A stretch of 64,000 nucleotides of DNA from Chiloscyllium plagiosum (taxonomy: Eukaryota): contig NC_057734.1 in NCBI RefSeq assembly GCF_004010195.1, positions 45,085,605 through 45,149,604 of the forward strand, given 5' to 3'. Every line of letters starts with the position of its first letter. Position 1 is the first letter of the stretch. Under the pieces are notes generated by a model. It worked only from the letters and a program-made list of their open reading frames with translations. It was not told the DNA's origin and did not search any database. Positions 52,086 through 62,429 of the stretch are shown here, one piece after another. Both the position numbers and the translations under genes were made by a program.

Positions 52086-53189
52086 TCAGTTCTTCCTTTA
52101 ATCTGATTTAATTCTTCCAATTTGCTTCTGAAGCACCAATTGCTTTCTGTCCCCTAACCTACTTCATAATAATACACGAGATTTTACTTCTCCTGCGCAC
52201 AACTTTGAGCTGATAAGAGGTGGAAACTTCCCAAATTCTATTCTCTTTTTTAAAGCAGGCAGTGGTCTAGTGGTTTATCTAGACCATTAATCCAGGCATC
52301 CAGTTAAAGTTCTGGGAAAGGGATTTTCGGTTATTGTAAAAAGCCCATATGATTCACCAAAGTGCTTACGAAAGATGTATGCCATTCTTACTTGTTGTGG
52401 CAGACAGGTAACTCTAGAATCTGTGGGCAACCAGGGATGGGCAATAAATGCTAGCCTAGCCAACAATGTCCACATCCCATGAAAGAATACAACAAAAATT
52501 TCATTAGACCACCTGGAGGAGCTTGCCACGAATAGCCAACAGTCCTGGTACACCAGATGTCTGCACTACAGTAGTGACGTAATCAGATCCTATAATCTGT
52601 GGCACGTCCATTATCGATAGCTACTTTGTAATCTCACATAGAGCTCATCAGTTTACAAGGGGTGGGGTAACAATAGCATCCATAATCGGGAGATTGGGGC
52701 CAGGGCTAGAAGTCAGTGAGAATGTTGCCACTGGCAATTACTTTTGGAAGTATTTTAATCTATTGAGCAAGGTTTCATCACATGTGCCATTCATTAAAGT
52801 CCTCACTTTAATTGAATTAGTTTTATTGTCACATGTACTTACATGAATGCAGTGAAAGGTTAACAAAGGCAACACTCACGGCAACATCTTAGGTACAAAG
52901 ATACCTCGGTACAGGATGTTAGGAATAACTTGGTAAAATAAAGATATAAAAGGTTCAGCACTACAGTCTTCACATCATCTTGGATACAGGGTAACTGGGT
53001 ACAAAATCTTATGAATAAATGAACTTTAAAAGGTTCAGCATTACAGTCTTTCAAGCAGATTGCACCAGGGCTTGGCACCAGACTGTGCTGGGCATTGCCA
53101 CCAGACTGCACTGGCTCTCACCCTCAGTCACACCGGGACCATACCTCCAGACTACACCAGGATTGGCAAGCCTACAGGAAAAAAAGACA

Positions 53190-53682
53190 TGGCTACCACA
53201 TAACTTGCAGAATTACATTATATTTTGCTCAAAAATTGCATGAGTCCATGTAAGAATCTGTAAGTTCATTTTTAGATTAGAATCAGTCTGAACATTGTGG
53301 CACAGACAGTCTCACACAGAGCACCCCACACCTTAAGTACATTATATGGATCGACATGACATCAATTGTTAAAGTTCACTTGAGAATGTAACTTTTAAAA
53401 AGTTCTGCAATTTACATACGAAAGAACTGAAACCAACATGTTCATTCTAAAAGATGAGAGACTTAACGAACAATCAAAGTCTTTTTCAATATATATTTTC
53501 AGTTACATCACATTGTAAACTTTTGCAATAAATTCTCTGTCTTACAACCTTATACTCCACAACCACCTGATGAAGGAGCAGCGCTTCGAAAGCTAGTGCT
53601 TCCAGATAAACCTGTTGGACTATAATTTGGTGTTGTGTGATTTTTAACTTTGTACATCCCAGTCCAACTCTGGCTCCTCCTC
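53190..53682 (+). mobile_element. Penelope-like 3' terminal repeat with an intact hammerhead (53564-53598)
   Basis: CAC-CTGATGA-A-GGAGC-AGC-GCTTC-GAAA-GC-TA-GTG, then ATAAACCTGTTGGACTATAA. Confidence 0.8.
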
Positions 53683-54404
53683 ACAGAACAATGAATTAGA
53701 TTTGCTATCAATTGCCATTGATTTCCAGTAAATACCATCCTATACCTTCATACACCTTCAAATATTCATTTATTTTGTTGTAGCATCAGAGGTCCATTTA
53801 CTATTCTGAATTATTTATCATGATTGCATGCCCAGTGAATCAAATCTCCCTGATTTGGAGGTACACTGCAGACAAATGTATTTGTCCACAGAACTAGCAA
53901 CTTTATTTATTGAACAGCGCCCCCTACTCTCAAAAACATCCTTCAATCTCGTTCTCAATCGTGCAAGATGTGTTACTGTTTCTTTGCCTCGAGAATAGGA
54001 CAGATGAGAAAAAGGTTTCCAATTTGAACTGCATGTCATCAGGAGAAATTTGGCCTTGTTAATGGCAAAGAAGCAGGAAATAATTCTTGTAAGCATAAGT
54101 TATAATTCTTGTGGTCTCCTGAACTCGTTTTCAATGCCTTAAGAAGCCAAGGAGGAATTGCTAATTGATTCATATTTGTTGGGGATGTTACCTGCTACTT
54201 TGCTTCTGTCTCCCTGGAGATTGTGTTATTTAGAAAAGACAGCGGTGACTTAACAGAAGCATGTAAGATCCTAAGGTGACTTGACCAGGTGGATGTGGAA
54301 AAGATGTTTTTGCCTGTGGGAAAATCTAGAATTGGGGTCATAGTTTACAGCTAAGAGTTGCTTTTTATGGTAGAGATGAGGAAGATTATTCTCTCAGGGA
54401 ATTG

Positions 54405-54981
54405 TGAGTCTTTTCACTCACACAGACATTCACAACCCCCCACCACCCGCACACACAAAACACATACAACACATACACGCACACAAACCCATATGCACAC
54501 ATACACACATCCATTTGTGGGGTGAATTTGTACTTGCAGAGTTACATTGTACTTTGCTCAAACACTGCATGAATCTATGTAAGACTCTGTTAGCTCATTT
54601 TTTTAGATTAGAATCAGTCTAAACATTATGACACAGTCAACAGCACGTAGGAGACTAACACTTTCAACACATTATCTGGGCAGACACCAATTGTTCAAGT
54701 TAAACTGAGAATGTAACTTTTTTAAAAATGGTTTTGTGATTTACATATGAAAGAAGTGAAACTAACGTGGTCATTATAACAGATGAGAAACTTAACAAAC
54801 AATCAAGGTATTTTTCAATGTATAATTTTAGTTGCATCACACTGTAACCTTTTGCTATAAATTCTATGTCTTACAATTGAGTACTCCACAGCCACTTGAT
54901 GAAGGAGCAGTGCTCCGAAAGCTAATGCTTCCAATTAAACCTGTTGGACTATAAACTGGTGTTGTGTGTCTTTTATCTTTA
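54405..54981 (+). mobile_element. Second copy of the same Penelope terminal repeat, hammerhead mutated (TTGATGA)
   Basis: Colinear with 53190-53650 and preceded by a CA-rich tract. Confidence 0.8.
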
Positions 54982-56610
54982 AACATCTTGTAAATCTTTT
55001 CTGAATCCCTTCAAGTTTCACAATATCCTTCCAATAGGAATGCGTGGAATATTCCAAAAGTGGCCTAACCAATGTCCTGTACAGCCACAACATGACCTCC
55101 CAACTCCTGTACTCAATACTCTGACCAATAGAGAAAAGCATACCAAATGCCTTCTTCACTATCCTATCTACCTGTGACTCTACTTTCACAGAGCTATGAA
55201 ACTGCAATCCAGGTCTCTTTGTTCAGCAACACTCCCCGTACTATAAAGTTTATAAACCATGCTCTGATTTGCTTTTCCAAAATGCATCACCTCGTATTTA
55301 TCTAAATTAAACTCCATCTGCCACTCCTCAGCCCATTGACCCATCTGTTCAAGATCCTGTTGCAATCTGAGGTAACCTTCTTCGCTATCCATTGTATGTC
55401 CAATTTTGGTATCATCTTCAAATTTATTTACTGTATCTCTTACGCTTACACCCAAATAATTTACATAAATGATGAAAAGTAGTGGACCCATCACCGATTC
55501 TTGTGGCTCTCCACTGTTCACAGGTCTCCAGTCTGAAAAGCAACCATTCACCACCACCCTCTGTCTTTTACTGTTGAGCCAGTTTTGTATCCAAATGGCT
55601 AGTTCTCCCTGTTTTCCATGAGATCTAACCTTGCTAATCAGTCTCCCATGGGGAACCTTGTCGTACACCTTACTGAAATCCATATAGATCACATCTACTG
55701 CTCTGCCCTCATGAATCCTCTGTTACTTCTCAAAAAAACTCAATCAAGTTCACGAGACATGATTTCCCACGCAAAACGCCACATTGACTATCCCTAATCA
55801 GCACTTGCTTTCCAAATATATATACATCCTGTCCCTCAGGACTCCCTCCAACGACTTGCCCACCACAGACGTCAGGTTCACTGGTCTATAGTTCCCTGCA
55901 TTGTCTCTACACCCTTCTTAAACAGTGGCATCACATGAGCCAACCTCTACTCTTCCGGCACTTCACCTGTGACTATCAGTGATACAAATATCTCAGCAAG
56001 GGGCACAGCAATCACTTCCCTAGATTCCCACAGAGTTCTAGGGTACACCTGATCAGGTCCTGGGGATTTATCTACTTTTATGGGTTTCAAGACATCCAGC
56101 ACTCCATCCTCTGTAATATGGACATTTTTAAGATGTCACCATTCTATATGTTCCATGTCCTTTTCCTCAGTAAACACTGATGCAAGATACTCATTTAGTA
56201 TCTCCCCCATCTCCTGCGGCTCCACACAAGGGCCACCTTGCTGATCTTTGAAGGGCTCTATTCTCTCCCTAGTTACACTTTTATCCTTAATGTATCATTA
56301 AAAACGCTTTGGATTCTCCTTAGCTCTATTTGCCAAAGCTATCTCAAGTCCCCTTTTTGCTCTCCTGATTTCCCTCTTAAGTATACTCCGACTGCCTTTA
56401 TACTCTTGTAAGAATTCATTCAATCTATCTTGTCTATACCTGACATATGCTTCCATCTTTTTCTTAGCCAAACTCTCGATTTCTTTAGTCATCCAGCATT
56501 CCTTTCAACGTAACAGGAAAATACTGTCTCTGGACTCTCGTTATCTCATTTCTGAAGGCTTCCCATTTTCCAGCCGTCCCTGTACCTGCGAACATCTGCC
56601 TCTAATCAGA
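54982..56610 (-). mobile_element. CR1 LINE ORF2 fragment
   Basis: IYMDFSKVYDKVPHGRL..NKFEDDTK and LVRPLLEY. Confidence 0.92.
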
Positions 56611-57126
56611 AATAACGTAATGTCAAAATGTTTAATTATTCAAACCAAATAGATTGATGTTTTTATTGAATAAAGCAGTTAATATTGTGAGGCATAAATT
56701 ACTTTGAAAATTCACTTGAAACATAAACTCCCCTAAATGCCTTTTACTATCTTCTAACTCTTCATAAAACTACTTCATTGTATAGGTAATGTACTTGAAC
56801 ATATTTCAATTTATATGCTGTCAGAATGTGGTTGAATTTCTCCATATTGATTTCGACGTTTACGAAGATGGTCTTTGTACATTGTACAGTTAGATCAGCA
56901 TTATCTTCAGTTGGGCTTTTTCCTAAACCTTCCGTGTACAGTAAAATGATCAATAGATCCTGACTCTTCTTTAAACTGATTTCTTCATGCTGTTTACGCA
57001 GTTAGAAATGCCAAGACGATGTTGTGTTTTGGCTCAATGCTGTGTGTGATTATCCAATGTCCTTGGCTCAGTTTTGAAACTTTATTGCTGGGATCAATTA
57101 TCGATTGGGGTTTGTAACTCCAACCT

Positions 57127-57183
57127 GTATTTGCATAATGAAATGACCACGTGTCAGTATGTCCTCCTTCTGAGCATTAATAA
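57127..57183 (+). promoter_or_regulatory. Ig light-chain V promoter: octamer, E-box, TATA-like element
   Basis: ATTTGCAT at 57129-57136 (light-chain orientation), CACGTG at 57148-57153 and TTAATAA at 57177-57183, within ~125 bp of the ATG. Confidence 0.85.
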
Positions 57184-57250
57184 GACAGGGCGACCTTGGG
57201 AAACGTTCATACCTTTTGGCTGCAAACCTGCCCGACACTCTGAATTCAGG

Positions 57251-57299
57251 ATGTCCCAATGGGTGTGTCTCATCTCAACGCTGCTCATCGCTGCAGTCT
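57251..57299 (+). CDS. Ig light chain leader exon (MSQWVCLISTLLIAAV)
   Basis: Hydrophobic signal peptide, phase-1 GTAAGT donor and a 97-nt intron, the canonical split leader. Confidence 0.92.
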
Positions 57300-57396
57300 G
57301 TAAGTTCTCAAGATGTCATTGTAGATAAGGTTGTATGGAGAAACACACTATCAATCAGATGAATGCCATCTTGTAATAAGGCTCTATTTGTTACAG

Positions 57397-57747
57397 GTTC
57401 AAATGGGCAGATTACATTAACTCAACCGAAATCGGTCTCCATCGAGCCGCAGGGGACGGTTAAATTTAGTTGCAGTGTGTCTGGTGAAAACTTGGGGAAC
57501 AGTGACATAGGATGGTACCAGCAGAAACCCGGGACTGCTCCTCGATTCCTACTCTATCATGATCTTAACAGAGATAGCAGAGGCTCTGGGGTTCCTGATC
57601 GATTCTCTGGCAGGAGTCAATCATCAACAAACGCGGCGTATTTGACAATCAGCAGAGTTCAACCGGAGGACGATGCCAATTATTATTGTGGCTGGTGGAA
57701 GAGCAATGCTTTTTATTTCGGTGGAGGGACCAAACTGACTGTCCTGA
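57397..57747 (+). CDS. Germline-joined VJ exon of a lambda-like Ig light chain
   Basis: ttacAG acceptor. QITLTQP..C..WYQQKPG.APRFLLY..GVPDRFSG..EDDANYYC-GWWKSNAFY-FGGGTKLTVL in one frame, then a phase-1 GTAAGT donor. No heptamer or nonamer. Confidence 0.96.
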
Positions 57748-58389
57748 GTAAGTAGCTTTTACGTCATTCACTCTGAACAATCGTTTTTTTTTCTTTTATC
57801 CAACATATGATCAGAAATATAGTTAATAGCTAATTCATGAATTACAAAGCAAAGTACATGAAACAACATGGAGCTGTGAACCGTAACCAACTTTTTATAC
57901 AATGGCTAATTATGGATATGAGTAAAATATATTTTCAAAGAAAAAATTGGTTTTGTTCTCTGTTCATCGACTGAAATGGTGGACAATAATTAAACGGGTA
58001 CATTTGCTATCATTTGAAAAACAACCTGGAAGTCTTTCACTCAACAGTAGCATTGAAAAAGCAACGAACCGCGGGTGCTGGAAACCAGAAACAAAAGCAG
58101 AAATTGCTGCAGAAATTGACCAGGAGAGAAAGCAGAGTTAATGTTTCGGTCCAGTGTCCCTTCTTCAGAACTCATGGTGATCATGCAAAAGGAGAGACAG
58201 AGACAGACGGAGAGATAGAGACCAGTGAAAAGATAGCGACCAAAGCAATAGATTGGAAAACATGGGCGCCTCTCTTAATTCCTGATGCATTTGAGGATTG
58301 TTAATATGAAAATGAGTGCAGTGATCACTAAGAACCTCTCTCGTATACAAAGGCAGTACCAGAGAACTCAGAGTAAACATTGGAGAGTA

Positions 58390-58596
58390 CAAAAACAGAA
58401 ATTGCTAGAGAAATTCACCAGGTCTCGTAGCATCTATGGAGAGAGAAAACAGAGTTAACATTTGGAGTCTAGTGAATCTTCTGCAGGAACTCAACGTCAA
58501 TTCTATTTTCGTTGTATAGATACTGCCGGAACTGCCGAGTTTCTCCAGCAATGTCTGCGGTTCAGATCTCCAGTATCTGCAGTTCTTTGTTTTATT
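58390..58596. mobile_element. Palindromic Penelope-type element in the J-C intron (a further half copy at ~58070-58170)
   Basis: AAAACAGAAATTGCT.GAGAAAT...GAGAGAAAACAGAGTTAA followed by its inverted counterpart. Confidence 0.65.
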
Positions 58597-59156
58597 CGAG
58601 ATTACGTAGTATACCGATCGTTTCTATGAGAAAACGGCCCTCTGTACACCTCGTGTAACGAATTATTTGCTGTGGGTCGATTCTTTATGTATTTACACAT
58701 GGCTCCTTTGCTCCTGAACTCAATGTCATCGACTTTGTTTTGCAAAAATAGAAGGAGATATAAAAGTGGACGATAAGCAATTGTTAATGGGGCATATAAA
58801 AATATCCAAATGCGCTAAACTTGAGGAAGACTATCACGATCAATATTCAGCCTTCCGTGCTAGTAAAGCAACCCATCGGATTATAATCGAGTTACAATTC
58901 ATAGGAACTTGCCGTCAAATGTCTTAAGTTACTACAATGATTATAATTTTAAAGCACTTAATCTGCTGAGGGGTAACTCACAGAGGTCATGAGAGACGAT
59001 ATATAAATGCAAACGCTTTTATTTGCTTCCTTAAATCTCGGCAAAGCGAAATGGGTCATCCTATTTCTTTGAGTTTGTCATAGCAATATTCAGATAGAGA
59101 TGCGTTGCATTTAGTCAGAATCAAATTCGATTTCCAACACTGTTAAGTAATAATGC

Positions 59157-59355
59157 AGTTAAAAATCACACAACACCAGATTATAGTCCAACAGGTTTAT
59201 TTGGAAGCACTAGCTTTCGGATCGCTGCTCCTTTCCTACAGGAGCAATGCTCCGAAAGCTAGTGCTTCCCAATAAACCTGCTGGGCTATAACTTGGTGTT
59301 TTGTGACTTTTAACTTCGTCCACCGCAGTCGAACATGGGCACCTCCAAATCACAA
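59157..59355. mobile_element. Palindromic Penelope-derived element in the J-C intron (hammerhead core deleted)
   Basis: Same arms as 30352-30545 but lacking CTGATGA. Confidence 0.8.
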
Positions 59356-60253
59356 GTAATTATGGGTCCGAGGCACAATGGGCTGGCTGGTGTAAATCTC
59401 ACTGTAAATGGCAGTGCCCAGTATTTTCCCCTCATTTTTATGGTATTGAAGCCAACGGCCATTTTACTGCTCTGCATGTACGTTTCGTCCTTGAGGTCTT
59501 TTGCAACTGCATGTTCGTTAATATATCCAGGTGGTTATTGTTCAAAACTGAAACATCGTGTTACTGTTGTGAATCTTTATTTATTTCCTCTTTGGAAATA
59601 CACCTCTTTTCTCGATGTAATGAAATGTACGCTTGTTTGTTAAGAAAAGAATTTCAGTGTGGGCTATGGAGACTATCGATTTTAGTTTTGTTCGATAGAC
59701 ACAGACTTGCTTAATAGTAGGCTCGAAGGGCTGAATAGCCTACTCCTGATCCAATTTCTATGATTCTATGCCGTCAAAGAATAGAAAGAAGCCAAGCCTC
59801 TGGCAAATCGATCCACGAGTTGCGATTAAATCCACTCATCCTTGCTAAGATTGAGGGCAACATGAGAAGGGGATTGGTATTTGCGTAGCGCCTCTGTGAG
59901 TTGTGTCGTAGCAGCATTTGTTGGCAAAATTGGGTGAAGCAACATCTCAAACATGACCACGTGGTCATGACCAATATTTTAACATTAGTTGAATGATAAA
60001 TATTGTTCTTGATAGTTGCTTTCCAAGTAGTTCTATTGTACCTTTTGTTTTTGAGATGTTAAAGGCTGCATTTAATCCATCATCGTTATCCGTTACTTTC
60101 TGCACAAGTTATTTGGCTGAGGACTTCACTTTCTGATTCAGAAATGTGAGCGCTACTGTCCGGTAAAGAGCTTCAATACAGCTGAGTGTGGTATGTGTTG
60201 TACAAACGTATTATTTTTAAAAAAATTAATAACCGCAAATTGTTTCATTGCAG

Positions 60254-60582
60254 CCCGAGAAGCGACTCGCCCTTCGGTATCTCTTCTCCCGCCGTCGCCC
60301 GATCAGATCTCCGCAGATGACACAGCGACCCTGGTGTGTCTGGTGAATCATTTCTTCCCTGGTTCGGTGGAAGTTTCCTGGAGTGTGGACGGTGAGACCA
60401 CGGACAGTGGTGTCCAGACTACTCAGGCAGTGCGGGGCACCGACCAGACATACAGTGTGAGCAGTTATCTGACCCTGACCGCCGCCCAGTGGAACTCACA
60501 CGAAGTCTACACCTGCGGCGTTACACACGAGTCTCTCGCATCTCAGCTCAAGCAAAGCATCAAGAGATCAGGCTGCGAGTGA
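60254..60582 (+). CDS. Ig light chain constant exon (C1-set), lambda-like
   Basis: ttgcAG acceptor, phase 1. PSVSLLPPS..ATLVCLV..FFPG...W.VDG..YSVSSYLTL...WNSHEVYTC.VTHE..RSGCE*, with a penultimate Cys for the H-L bond. Spliced CDS is 729 nt and in frame. Confidence 0.97.
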
Positions 60583-60762
60583 CAGGAGAGAATAAAGCCC
60601 CTTGCTGCAAGCTGTTGTCCACGGCATTTATGCGTGAAGACGGCTTTAGTTATTCGCATGCAGTTATTTCTCTTGGTACGCGCATGGCACACAATAGTAA
60701 CTTAAATATTGTTGCGGCAGAAACAATTTGTCTTGGTAACTGCAAAATGGAAACATTTATTT

Positions 60763-60768
60763 AATAAA
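60763..60768 (+). terminator. Probable Ig light chain polyadenylation signal
   Basis: AATAAA followed by GT-rich GCGTTGTGTTTTGT. A second AATAAA lies at 60591-60596. Confidence 0.7.
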
Positions 60769-61614
60769 CGATCCTGTTCATTTCTGAGATGCGTTGTGTT
60801 TTGTAAGTGAGCACATGTCAATAGCAATTCAATTTAACACGGATCGTCATTAATATTTTAAGAACTAGTAATGTGAATGTATTTCCCTATTTAATCCTAC
60901 ATTTTACAACATTTCACTTTCTCGACTGTCCCTCTCAGCAACGGACACCATCGCATTTCTGTAATTAGTTTACACAAGCAGAAATATAAAATATTTTTAA
61001 AATCCTAACCCTTGCTTTTTCACACATTAGGACGTTCATTTTTGTTTAGAAAAGAAGAAATAATTTAAGCAACGTCCTTGCATTTCACACTTTTCACTTC
61101 ACTCCAAATTAAGTTAAAATAGCATTTGAAAACTCTATACAGTACAGAAAGTTTATACAATGGGAGCACAGTTAGAGCGCACTTAACACCTATATACTTT
61201 CGTGATTTGGCTGTTTTAAATCCTATTAACCGCCAAAATGAAATTAACTATTTTTACCGCATTTTCTCGGATTGAATAATAGATTTTTACTTTCCATTTA
61301 TTCAGAGGTGGGATTGGTCCATAAAGCAGAGAGCTGAAATATTTCCGACGTTTTCTCTTTTTTTGACGCCAGTAAAGGAGTCACCTACATTTGTAGATGT
61401 ATTTGCAGATTCACTCTCTGCTTATGATATATTGAAATGACTGCAACTTCTCAGAAGCTAGACAACGGCTTGAAAATAATTTGCCCCTGAAATGATTCCC
61501 TTATTTGGCTTTGAATTTCCTGCCTTCCCTATCTGTGTTACACTGATGTTGAAAGCAATGAGGCTTTTCATTTATGCAGCATGCCTTCCACTCTTAATGA
61601 TAACTCCAAAAATA

Positions 61615-61980
61615 ACAATTCCGTCCGTTGACTCTATCTATACTTCTCGCTGTTTCAGGAAGGCAGTTAACATAATCAAAGACCTCTCCCACCATGGTTA
61701 TAATCTCTTCCTCGGGCAGAAGATACAAAAGTGTAAACGCATCAACAGATTTACCAACAGTTTCTTCTCCGCTGTTATTAGACTTCTGAATGTACCTTTC
61801 AAATTCTAAATTTAATGTTGATCTCAACTTTTGTGCACCTTCCCTGCAGCCCTAACATGGTATTCTTCTGTTCTATTACCCTAATGTACCGGCATGGCAT
61901 GATCTGCCTGTACTGCATGCAAAACAAAACTTTTAGCTGTACCTAGGTACATGTGACAATACCAAATCAAATCAAACAAA
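61615..61980 (+). mobile_element. Rex1/Babar LINE 3' end
   Basis: PSVDSIYTSRCFRKAVNIIKDLSHHG..RFTNSFF and a GTGACAAT..(CAAAT)n tail. Confidence 0.8.
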
Positions 61981-62429
61981 AATACATTAAATCAACATTC
62001 TGAGGGTAATGCATAATCATGGCCTGGAGAAAATTATTCATCGTAAATCCAGACGGCAGCTGAAAATGCTTCTGCCTGCATTTCATACTATCGTTCAGGT
62101 TGAAATATATAAGTCTTTCCATCCCTGTATAGTGTCAAGCTCCTGTCGCAATTAGCAGCATTTTTTGCTTTAACCACTGCGCTCGTCACTGTCAATGTTG
62201 AATTCCTTTCAAGGAGTACCTCAATAGACATTCACACTAAGTTTCTAGAGATGTTCCGATAATCTGCCCTGCTGCTGTGTCAGGCACTGCTGGTCAAAGT
62301 GACATTTCTTTTCAGAAGAGAAGAGCGAAAAGGGAAGGATGTGTCGGAACACAGAATCAAAGTGGCTATAGATGCAAAGACAGGGTAGAGAACTCCAAAC
62401 CGTTCAAACAGTAATGGAATTTCTCCTTT

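Noticed and set aside
57251-60582. Processed pseudogene or TCR gene as the explanation for the joined VJ
   Set aside because: Both introns and the octamer promoter are present, and the single C exon ends in a secreted-type Cys-Glu-stop with no transmembrane segment.
61400-61408. Downstream octamer / 3' enhancer (ATTTGCAG)
   Set aside because: An isolated one-mismatch match expected by chance.
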